Virus record (IMG/VR): IMGVR_UViG_3300026911_000014
Span: 1-62,127 of that record
Source: a virus
Taxonomy: Duplodnaviria > Caudoviricetes
Strand: one strand, 5' to 3'
Length of the DNA stretch: 62,127 nucleotides
Part shown: positions 48,901 to 56,137 of the stretch, piece after piece
Layout of the letters: every line of letters begins with the position of its first letter
How positions within the stretch are numbered: the stretch's first letter is position 1
Position numbers and translations under genes: made by a program
The notes under the pieces: model-generated
The model's database searches: none
What the model saw: only the letters and a program-made list of their open reading frames with translations
What the model was told of the DNA's origin: nothing

Positions 48901-50588
48901 AAATCCTTTTAACTATACTGCTTAACATACCGTTGCTACTCTGTGGGCAACGGCATTTTACTTTCTTCCCTGGAGAGTATCTGAATCAAATGGTGGATAA
49001 TACCACGCATAAATTGTATACTATAAATACAACTGCATCATTGGTGGGTGGTGTTCCAGATAGTATAACTGGTGGATGTAGCGGAGCGCATCATATGTTG
49101 TCCCTATCTTCCAATGGACGTGTGTATGCCTTCGGTGATGATACGAATGGGGAGCTAGGGGATGGCGGAAGCGGTGTTGGCGGATTAATATTAACGGATA
49201 GTTTAGGTAACCCGTTCAGAAATGTAGTTCAGGTTTCTTGTGGCGGCACTGCTGGGGGGTGGAATAGCATGGCGCTTAAATCAGACGGGACGGTTTGGGC
49301 ATGGGGGGCCCTAGATGGAGGCTTGCGAGGGAATAACACACACGGCGGACAAGCCAATCGACCGGTACAAATTCCATTTCCGGGAGGAACGTTCATTAAG
49401 CAAGTATATTTGTCCTTTATAGGGTTAGCATTGGATAACACTGGGCATGTGTGGACATGGGGTGGGGAGTATTCTTTTCACGCCCCTTATGTACTGGCTC
49501 AAGGAACGCCCACTCCTAATATATACAACCCTACACAGCTTAATAGCAGCGTATTTGGGGGTGAGCAAATAAAAACTATAGTAGGGGGGGGCAATAACAT
49601 GCAGTACGCCATAACTGCTACGGGCAAAGTATATGCTTGGGCGTTTTATGCGCACTATATCGCCATCCCTGACGGAGATATGTCAGTCACTGGGTTCAAC
49701 CCTTGGCATATCGATACGGCCTTGAATCTCCCCCATCCAGTGGATACAATGGTTGTAAATGATATCGCCACATACGCTATTCTCAGCGATTCCTCACTGT
49801 GGGCATGGGGTGATTGTCCCGTAGGCAACTTCGGCAATGGGACTACCTTAGATATGCGACATTATCATTCAGCAGATGGGGCATATACACCTTATGGATG
49901 GGATCAAGGTATCGACGAGAACATGCAACTAAAGCCGGTAAATGTAGCCCCCGGAAAGCACGACTTTACCCAGATATTCGCCTCCCCGCAATTAGCTTTT
50001 TACATCCAATGTAGTGATGTAAACGATCGTTATTATTTCGCTGGAAGGAATAAGGGCGGTATAGCTTGTAATGGGATCAATGGCATAGACTCGGTTGGCG
50101 GAGATTTAGGAGCTATGTATCCAGACTCATGGGATCAGCCGTATCTGCAGCAAATATATCCGATGGGCACCCGCGTGAATAGAACTACATGCCCGCTATT
50201 CAAAGATACGACGGGAGCCGTCTTACAGAGCACATATCCTCTTAATACCTCAGGATCTCCACCGGTAGCAAATGCGGGCAGCAATCAGACGGTTAATACA
50301 ACGACAGCGACTTTAAAAGGTAGTTTTACCTATACTTCCCCGTCCCGCGGAATGATCAATAGAATGTGGACGAAAATTTCTGGTCCCAATACCCCTCAAA
50401 TCCCAATAGTAAACGCAGATACGGTGAGCGTATTAGGATTGACAAAAGGCACCTACGTATTCAATTATGCCATTATGGACAATAATTTTAAAACGGCGTC
50501 CGCAAACGTCACAGTAACAGTAACCGCCGCCTGCCCTAATTGTGTCATTCGTCAAAGAGGCAAAAAGCACAGATTTATAAGCCTTTAA
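48897..50588 (+). CDS. Secreted RCC1/BLIP-II repeat beta-propeller + PKD/Ig domain protein
   Basis: NGRVYAFGDDTNGELGDG, ALKSDGTVWAWG and SLWAWG repeats; PPVANAGSNQTV; signal MKILLTILLNIPLLLCG/Q. Confidence 0.8.
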   Translation: MKILLTILLNIPLLLCGQRHFTFFPGEYLNQMVDNTTHKLYTINTTASLVGGVPDSITGGCSGAHHMLSLSSNGRVYAFGDDTNGELGDGGSGVGGLILTDSLGNPFRNVVQVSCGGTAGGWNSMALKSDGTVWAWGALDGGLRGNNTHGGQANRPVQIPFPGGTFIKQVYLSFIGLALDNTGHVWTWGGEYSFHAPYVLAQGTPTPNIYNPTQLNSSVFGGEQIKTIVGGGNNMQYAITATGKVYAWAFYAHYIAIPDGDMSVTGFNPWHIDTALNLPHPVDTMVVNDIATYAILSDSSLWAWGDCPVGNFGNGTTLDMRHYHSADGAYTPYGWDQGIDENMQLKPVNVAPGKHDFTQIFASPQLAFYIQCSDVNDRYYFAGRNKGGIACNGINGIDSVGGDLGAMYPDSWDQPYLQQIYPMGTRVNRTTCPLFKDTTGAVLQSTYPLNTSGSPPVANAGSNQTVNTTTATLKGSFTYTSPSRGMINRMWTKISGPNTPQIPIVNADTVSVLGLTKGTYVFNYAIMDNNFKTASANVTVTVTAACPNCVIRQRGKKHRFISL

Positions 50589-50713
50589 TGTTAAAAAAAA
50601 TAGTATTTTTATAAGGCATGGGAATTGCCGTCTGTTTAGTAAGCAAAACCGATAAAAATGAAACACAACATGGGTGCAACAAACCAATCATATCCTACTA
50701 ATACGCTACCAAA

Positions 50714-51022
50714 ATGGAACCATCTGTATGGGCAAAAATTCAATCGTTCCTCAGAGAATGCTTTAAAGAAAAATTTAAAATCTTTTTTCCGGGCTCTTTG
50801 TTGGGGCTGTTCGCTGGCAAGTCTCTTTTATTTTCTGGACTTCCTGCTGAGCTCGTTACATTTGGAGCGTATTTGCTCAAATTTGTGGGCACTGTTTTGA
50901 TGGCAGTAGCTTCTGGAGCTGCTACCACCTATGGAGCAAAGTGGGTAGAGAAAAAATTGTCCCCAAATGAAAAAAAAAGTCCAGACCCAATAAAAAAAGG
51001 AAGAAACAAAAACGCAGCATAA
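50714..51022 (+). CDS. Holin-like membrane protein
   Basis: Two TM segments, basic C-terminal tail, upstream of the endolysin. Confidence 0.5.
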   Translation: MEPSVWAKIQSFLRECFKEKFKIFFPGSLLGLFAGKSLLFSGLPAELVTFGAYLLKFVGTVLMAVASGAATTYGAKWVEKKLSPNEKKSPDPIKKGRNKNAA

Positions 51023-51150
51023 TGTCAACAACGAATGGACCCGAAAAACCGCAACCGCCTAAACCAAGTATTCCGAAGCCTAAGCCGGATGATGCGCCGG
51101 ATAGCGGCCCCCTTCCTGGCGGCCCAATCCAACCTCCGCCGCCTCACTAG
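51022..51150 (+). CDS. Proline-rich 42-aa peptide
   Basis: TAATG coupling to the previous stop; MSTTNGPEKPQPPKPSIPKPKPDDAPDSGPLPGGPIQPPPPH. Confidence 0.5.
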   Translation: MSTTNGPEKPQPPKPSIPKPKPDDAPDSGPLPGGPIQPPPPH

Positions 51151-51568
51151 GTGGATCAAAGAAATCGTAGCCATTAGCATAGCCGCTAGGTTAATCACCT
51201 ATTCGGCTATGTTTCTTAGCTGGGTATCTAAGCCGTTGGCAGAAAGAATTGTTGATCCATTCTTGTGTCCGTGGTATTCCAATCCGATGAAATTAAAATG
51301 GTTCATTTACTATTGTAGTCAGGATTTGGCATGGGTATTCTCTAGTTATGCATTTTGTAAATGTGCTGTTAGGTTGAGCGACTATCTTTTTCTGGTATCT
51401 ATAATATTATTAGGCTATCAACTGATTGACGCGTTTATGTTATTCTGGAATTTTAAGCAGTCTAATTTAATATACCTAGATCTTATGTGGACCGTATTGG
51501 CATTTATTTCTTCTGTTTTTAAAGGGTATAAACCAGAAACAGTAGCACGCGTCAAATCTCTTTTTTAA
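51035..51568 (+). CDS. Multi-pass membrane protein (true start uncertain)
   Basis: About four TM segments; the Arg-rich N-terminus overlaps the Pro-rich ORF. Confidence 0.55.
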   Translation: MDPKNRNRLNQVFRSLSRMMRRIAAPFLAAQSNLRRLTRWIKEIVAISIAARLITYSAMFLSWVSKPLAERIVDPFLCPWYSNPMKLKWFIYYCSQDLAWVFSSYAFCKCAVRLSDYLFLVSIILLGYQLIDAFMLFWNFKQSNLIYLDLMWTVLAFISSVFKGYKPETVARVKSLF

Positions 51569-51586
51569 TTGCTAAAATCTAATTAT

Positions 51587-52012
51587 ATGCAGAAAGTAAA
51601 ACAATTCCTAATAGATAATAAAGTGTTTCTATTCGGTATTTTATCAGCAGCTATTATAACAGTTCAGCAACTAGCCACATCTTACCCCAAAGACTATAGA
51701 CTGTTTATCTTAGCTGCGTTCTTTGCTGGTATATCTTATTCCGCTCGTAATTTAAGAGGACAATGGGGGTCTATCCTAGGGTCTTTAATCCCGTCATTGG
51801 GGATTGCCTTAAATAACATGGAGACTCATACGCCCATTAGTTGGTTTTCTCTTGCAGGAGCGGCAGCCTTGGCAGTAATGGGGGTTATAGCACCCCCCGC
51901 CAAGAGTTTGTCGTACGAGACTACACCTGAAATTACAGCGGCCAAGCAGGATGCGGCTAAGGCAGATGCTGCTGCTGAACCACCAAAGAACCCTCCTGTC
52001 TCTGTCAAGTAA
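51587..52012 (+). CDS. Holin-like membrane protein
   Basis: Four hydrophobic segments; lysis-module position; ATG at 51587. Confidence 0.55.
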   Translation: MQKVKQFLIDNKVFLFGILSAAIITVQQLATSYPKDYRLFILAAFFAGISYSARNLRGQWGSILGSLIPSLGIALNNMETHTPISWFSLAGAAALAVMGVIAPPAKSLSYETTPEITAAKQDAAKADAAAEPPKNPPVSVK

Positions 52013-52028
52013 ACATAAAATATACATC

Positions 52029-52514
52029 ATGAAATTTAAACTGCTTTTAATCTCGATCTTATTTGTAGGAAATATCGACGCTCAATCTCTTTGGCACGGC
52101 CTGCCTCCATATAAAGCCCCTCAAAAATTCAATACCTTTGAGCGAATCGTATTGCCAACAGATACCCTTCCCTCCATCTCGACAAATAAATGGAACGGAT
52201 TACGCCTAGCAGGCCCCGATGTAATGGCGGCCCTTCCTGATTTTACCCTCTACACAGGCGTAGGCATAGATTATGTCTGGGCAACAGCCAATACGGCAAC
52301 AGGCAAATGGGATTACGACTATACAATAGGCCTTCGTGTGGTTGGTGGTGCGAATCTACCTAGTCCGGGAAGTGTGAAGACGGTGGGAGGATTTGGCGCA
52401 AGAGCAACATTCTTTAAAGGATTGTTAGCCGTAGGTGCGATTTATAACCTGACACTAAAGAAACCGCAATTTGCAGTAGGTAATCCTGCCGCTTTGATCC
52501 CCGGATTAAACTAA
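52029..52514 (+). CDS. Secreted amphipathic beta-strand protein
   Basis: MKFKLLLISILFVGNIDA/Q; alternating strands (GVGIDY, YTIGLRV, GFGARATF, AVGAIY). Confidence 0.6.
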   Translation: MKFKLLLISILFVGNIDAQSLWHGLPPYKAPQKFNTFERIVLPTDTLPSISTNKWNGLRLAGPDVMAALPDFTLYTGVGIDYVWATANTATGKWDYDYTIGLRVVGGANLPSPGSVKTVGGFGARATFFKGLLAVGAIYNLTLKKPQFAVGNPAALIPGLN

Positions 52515-52681
52515 TGGGCATGAACATAAGAAAGTTATTAGGCTTTTTTCCTAAAGATTATACATTAACCCGTTTTAATGGAGTTTGGTGGCTGCATTAT
52601 AAAGGGTATAATACTCAACATGCATCCAAAAACAAAAAGCACCTAAGAGGAAAAGCATGGGAACATAATAAACTAAAATAA
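52514..52681 (+). CDS. Small basic hypothetical protein (55 aa)
   Basis: Read manually; coupled to the previous stop. Confidence 0.4.
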   Translation: MGMNIRKLLGFFPKDYTLTRFNGVWWLHYKGYNTQHASKNKKHLRGKAWEHNKLK

Positions 52682-52694
52682 ATCGTAAACGTTT

Positions 52695-53339
52695 ATGACC
52701 ATAGCATTTGCTCCAGCCGGGTCTCGTGGATTTGACTGTAATCAGCCGTTATCTCGCTCTCAGGCTATGATGTTTGCAGAAGCTGGATATTCCTTTTGTA
52801 TCAGATATCTGCCTCGTACATCATCCTTACTTAACGGGAATCTAACAATCGTAGAAATACAGTCTATTCTTGCTGCTAATTTAAGCCTAATGGCCGTCCA
52901 GCATTGCCCACTCCCAAATTGGAAGCCTACGGGACTGTTGGGGACTCAATACGGCCAATATGCTGGCCAATATGCCTCCGAAATAGGCCTGCCGCAAGGG
53001 ATTAATTTATGGCTGGATTTAGAAGAAGTGGCTGCTGAATCAAGCGATCAAGATGTAATTGACTATTGTAATAACTGGGCTGTAGAGGTATCGGGTCATG
53101 GGTATATCCCTGGATTATATGTTGGGTATCATCCCGGTCTTTCCAATGATCAATTATACTTCGATCTGTCTATTAAACATTATTGGCGAGCATATAATGC
53201 AGATAACGAGATATCAACAAGAGGGTATCAACTTGTTCAGCACCCACAGCAGAAACTAGACAACATTGCTTTTGATCCAAACACTACTCAAATCGACAAA
53301 ATGGGAGATTCGGTCATTTGGTTGTCCCCGGGCAAATAA
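52695..53339 (+). CDS. Endolysin, DUF1906 / GH25-like muramidase
   Basis: RGFDC, GYSFCIRYL, LWLDLE and GYIPGLYVG motifs. Confidence 0.85.
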   Translation: MTIAFAPAGSRGFDCNQPLSRSQAMMFAEAGYSFCIRYLPRTSSLLNGNLTIVEIQSILAANLSLMAVQHCPLPNWKPTGLLGTQYGQYAGQYASEIGLPQGINLWLDLEEVAAESSDQDVIDYCNNWAVEVSGHGYIPGLYVGYHPGLSNDQLYFDLSIKHYWRAYNADNEISTRGYQLVQHPQQKLDNIAFDPNTTQIDKMGDSVIWLSPGK

Positions 53340-53368
53340 TTTAAACTAGCTACAGGTTGGTGGATTTC

Positions 53369-53405
53369 AAGCGGTTGGAGAAGGCAAGTCTCTGGCCGCT
53401 TTTTT
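53369..53405 (+). terminator. Intrinsic terminator ending the lysis operon
   Basis: aagcggttggaga/tctctggccgctt followed by a T-run. Confidence 0.75.
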
Positions 53406-53430
53406 ATTTTAAAATAATTCATGAAAAATA

Positions 53431-53462
53431 TTTGGTAGTATCGTAGGGGCCATGTACCTTGG
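53431..53462 (+). promoter_or_regulatory. Bacteroidota-type promoter, near-leaderless
   Basis: TTTG (53431-53434), 20 nt spacer, TACCTTGG (53455-53462); ATG at 53467. Confidence 0.5.
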
Positions 53463-53466
53463 TGTC

Positions 53467-53646
53467 ATGGGAGATAAGAAAGACAAAGAAGTAGTAAAAA
53501 CGATAAAGGTGAGTGATAGCATTTGGAGAAGACTTCGAGTTCTGGCCGGTGTGAATGGAGAAGAAATGATTGAATGTGCCGACAAAGTATTGGATAAAGC
53601 CCTCCCTCCCCTTCCTAAACAAAGTTTAAAAAATACACCCAAATGA
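53467..53646 (+). CDS. Ribbon-helix-helix DNA-binding protein
   Basis: KTIKVSDSIWRRLRVLA pattern. Confidence 0.6.
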   Translation: MGDKKDKEVVKTIKVSDSIWRRLRVLAGVNGEEMIECADKVLDKALPPLPKQSLKNTPK

Positions 53647-53753
53647 AAGCATTATTATTTGTGGCCGTTATGGCTTTGATGGTTCTATCTCTATCATCTT
53701 GTAGTACTCAGCGAAAAGGATGTTTTGCAACTCAGGGAAAGGTGGGCTATTGA
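53643..53753 (+). CDS. Small lipoprotein (36 aa)
   Basis: MKALLFVAVMALMVLSLSS/CSTQRKGCFATQGKVGY; lipobox LSSC. Confidence 0.65.
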   Translation: MKALLFVAVMALMVLSLSSCSTQRKGCFATQGKVGY

Positions 53754-53795
53754 ATTGTACAAAATATTAAGATTTGTGGCAAGCAATCGTTAATC

Positions 53796-53832
53796 AGCCG
53801 GTAGGTTTCTACCTTTTAGCTGGCTCTTTTTT
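53796..53832 (+). terminator. TTCT-loop hairpin 1 with T-tail
   Basis: agccggt-aggt[ttct]acct-ttt-agctggct ctttttt. Confidence 0.55.
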
Positions 53833-53885
53833 AAGAAATTGTTCCGTATCTTATAGGATAGAGGTTTTAAAGTTAATGGAGACAA

Positions 53886-53913
53886 GCCTCCTATTTCTAT
53901 AGGAGGTCTTTTT
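53886..53913 (+). terminator. TTCT-loop hairpin 2 with T-tail
   Basis: gcctcctat[ttct]ataggaggt cttttt. Confidence 0.65.
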
Positions 53914-53917
53914 AGAG

Positions 53918-53993
53918 GGGGAGATGCCAGAGTGGCTTATTGGCTCCCATCTTGCGGATGGGATGTTCTAAGGTTCGAATCCTTATCTCTTCT
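53918..53993 (+). tRNA. Atypical tRNA (TGC anticodon, Ala-like) or pseudo-tRNA
   Basis: GGGGAGA/TCTCTTC acceptor, D-arm CCAGAGTGGCTTATTGG, 6-bp anticodon stem with loop CTTGCGG, T-arm TAAGG-TTCGAAT-CCTTA. Confidence 0.6.
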
Positions 53994-54036
53994 CGATTTT
54001 TTTTCATAGGATAAGGTTTAATGGTTAAGGATTGTT

Positions 54037-54065
54037 CCCTCCGGAGATTCTGCCGGAGGGTTTTT
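54037..54065 (+). terminator. TTCT-loop hairpin 3 with T-tail
   Basis: ccctccgg[agattctg]ccggaggg ttttt. Confidence 0.65.
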
Positions 54066-54078
54066 AAAAGCTAAAAGA

Positions 54079-54165
54079 ATGTCTTTAGACGATATAGATA
54101 GAATATGTGGTTATTGGGCGGTATTTCTAATGGTCATTGCTACAATCAGTTTGATTTTGATGTAA
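54079..54165 (+). CDS. 28-aa hydrophobic peptide
   Basis: MSLDDIDRICGYWAVFLMVIATISLILM with an A-rich leader. Confidence 0.35.
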   Translation: MSLDDIDRICGYWAVFLMVIATISLILM

Positions 54166-54199
54166 ATTACTAGTATAGGATAAGTGCTATTTTTTAGTT

Positions 54200-54265
54200 C
54201 CTCTTATGACTGGTATAGAGGCCGAAAGGATGATAAAAGCAGGCAGTCAGTCGCCGGACGCTTTT
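54200..54265 (+). ncRNA. Candidate kissing-loop structured RNA
   Basis: Three hairpins; the loops of the first (gactgg) and third (tcagtc) are complementary. Confidence 0.4.
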
Positions 54266-54329
54266 GAAGACAATTTATAGAATACTGTCCTATTTTTTTA
54301 ACTTATTGCTTGATATTGATTAAAAAAAC

Positions 54330-54609
54330 TGAAATGGTAAGCCGGACAAATCCAAACCAGAGGCGACGACGAGGAGGGATATGCCTATGACTCGATTCGC
54401 TCAATGTCAAGCAAAACTTACTTTTTGGATGCGAACTAGCAGTGTAAACGATGATAAGATTAGTTCTGTTATTTCTGAAACTGCTTATGTCAAATTGTAA
54501 GCGTACGCGCATTAACCGCTTATACCCGAGCCAACGTTGTGTGGGCCTAGTTGCAAGGAGGGCATGAAATTGGTAACTTGCTGACAGCCGGGAAAGACCG
54601 GCATCTTTT
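54330..54609 (+). ncRNA. Candidate multi-hairpin ncRNA ending in GCCGG-GAAAGA-CCGGC
   Basis: Higher-GC stretch without a credible ORF; several stems. Confidence 0.35.
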
Positions 54610-54632
54610 AACCCCGCTAAAATCCCCAAGCC

Positions 54633-54815
54633 ATGTATAATTTATTAATGTCCGCCACTGCTAATACTATTCTATCTTCAATTATTGGGTTTACGCTAGG
54701 AGTACTAGCGGGTGCGGCATGGTATAGCGCGCATAAAAAAACACAGAAAGAAGAACACGTATTTGACGAAAGAGATATTTATACTACTCCGGTAAGAAAA
54801 ATAAACAATGTTTAG
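54633..54815 (+). CDS. Small membrane protein
   Basis: One TM segment (IIGFTLGVLAGAAW). Confidence 0.5.
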   Translation: MYNLLMSATANTILSSIIGFTLGVLAGAAWYSAHKKTQKEEHVFDERDIYTTPVRKINNV

Positions 54816-54887
54816 GACTTTTAGCTCAGTTGGGAGAGCGGCAGCCTCATAAGCTGCGGGTCATCGGTTCGAGTCCGATAAGGTCCA
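54815..54887 (+). tRNA. tRNA with CAT anticodon (probably Ile2, otherwise elongator Met)
   Basis: Canonical cloverleaf GGACTTT...GCAGC-CTCATAA-GCTGC...ATCGG-TTCGAGT-CCGAT-AAGGTCC-A; C4-G69 pair as in TilS substrates; no initiator features. Confidence 0.9.
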
Positions 54888-54965
54888 CACTCTCCGATAT
54901 TGGAGAGCTTTCTGCTTCGGTTTGGTAGAGGCAGGCAAGTGACATGGCGTCACAAGTAAGGTCGA

Positions 54966-54999
54966 TCCCCTCTGTGTTCTCATAGAGGGGACATTTTTA
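54966..54999 (+). terminator. TTCT-loop hairpin 4 with T-tail
   Basis: tcccctctgtg[ttct]catagagggga catttttt. Confidence 0.65.
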
Positions 55000-55011
55000 A
55001 AATCTAATAAA

Positions 55012-55467
55012 ATGACTTATCAACAATTATATGCGTTTGTTAAATCACATCATAGGTTATTAACCGTTACTGAAATGGCCTACGAATGCGAAGTAGGGAA
55101 GCATGTAATAGATAGAATTTGTAAAAAGAAGTGGTTTGTGCCGATTAAACAATCAGAAAGGAATAATGCTTTCATAATGGAGTATTATCAAAAGAAACCA
55201 TTGTCATGGATAGCCCAAAAATTAAACTTCGGAATTGAGCATACGCAAAGATTATACAGGGCTTTGCATATTAAAGAACCTTCATTTAAAGACTCTAATG
55301 AAATACCCATAAAACCTATTGCTAAAGTATACAGCGAAGAGAAAAAGATTTCCGTCCGAGATGTTTTCTCTGGCTATAAAATACTTACTTCTGCATATAC
55401 TGTGATGGATTCTATGTCAGAAGCATTAAGGAAAACATTTCCAAATCGTCAACAAGATAACTCATGA
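55012..55467 (+). CDS. Hypothetical protein with two HTH-like segments
   Basis: LTVTEMAYECEV and PLSWIAQKLN. Confidence 0.5.
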   Translation: MTYQQLYAFVKSHHRLLTVTEMAYECEVGKHVIDRICKKKWFVPIKQSERNNAFIMEYYQKKPLSWIAQKLNFGIEHTQRLYRALHIKEPSFKDSNEIPIKPIAKVYSEEKKISVRDVFSGYKILTSAYTVMDSMSEALRKTFPNRQQDNS

Positions 55468-55537
55468 AACAATATGGTAAAAAGGAATTATTCTGAATAT
55501 GTGGGTTGTCGGATTAATACTTTGACTATCATCACGC

Positions 55538-55939
55538 TTGGCGAAAGACGATCTAGCGGCGGGTGAAGTCCGAGAGTATTTGGAGATTGCCGGACGCAAA
55601 GAGTACACTTGGGTTGGTGCGGCAGTAAAAGAATGGAGAAGACTTGTTGGAATGCCAGTAGTGGGATCTTATACCGAAATGCACATTCTGATGGAGCATC
55701 TACTATTTCACTCCTCATGGGATTGGATCATGCCTGTGGTAGAACGTATAGAATCTTTGGAGAATCGACGATTTGGTTTATGGATAGATCCGCATGGCGT
55801 AGAGATATACGATTATATAGAGTCTCCAGAAAGAACAATCGTTGCTTCTTTTAAATGGGATTCAGAAAGTAAGATATCATTGGTCTGGGCTGCTGTAGTA
55901 AATTTCATAAAATGGTATAAAGAAATAACAAATGAATAA
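55538..55939 (+). CDS. Conserved phage hypothetical protein (5' end uncertain)
   Basis: FHSSWDWIMPVVERIE...AVVNFIKWY motif. Confidence 0.6.
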   Translation: MAKDDLAAGEVREYLEIAGRKEYTWVGAAVKEWRRLVGMPVVGSYTEMHILMEHLLFHSSWDWIMPVVERIESLENRRFGLWIDPHGVEIYDYIESPERTIVASFKWDSESKISLVWAAVVNFIKWYKEITNE

Positions 55940-56126
55940 CGAATCAATCCCAGCGATAGAAATATGGTGGTTTAAAGACCTCATTGCAATGGCTCAAGAT
56001 GGTGATAAACTCAATCGCAGGAATGCAGTGCATGAAGAATTTTTAAGGGAGAACAAGGAAGTCTTGTCCGCCGCTAAATCTTACCTGCGATACATCGAAT
56101 CAATCCCCTCCGCTGAACCTAAATAA
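55932..56126 (+). CDS. Hypothetical protein
   Basis: ORF coupled to the previous gene. Confidence 0.5.
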   Translation: MNNESIPAIEIWWFKDLIAMAQDGDKLNRRNAVHEEFLRENKEVLSAAKSYLRYIESIPSAEPK

Positions 56127-56137
56127 AAATTAAAATC

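Noticed and set aside
53912-54007. Minus-strand 31-aa ORF MKKNREE...
   Set aside because: It lies antisense across the tRNA and has no protein-like features.
54303-54629. 108-aa minus-strand ORF
   Set aside because: Opposite to local transcription with atypical composition; the region looks like structured RNA.
53918-54887. tRNA-derived attP / integration module
   Set aside because: No integrase and no duplicated tRNA 3' end were found in the window.
54888-54965. HDV-like (theta) ribozyme after the tRNA
   Set aside because: Only a chain of simple hairpins is visible; I could not build the nested double pseudoknot.
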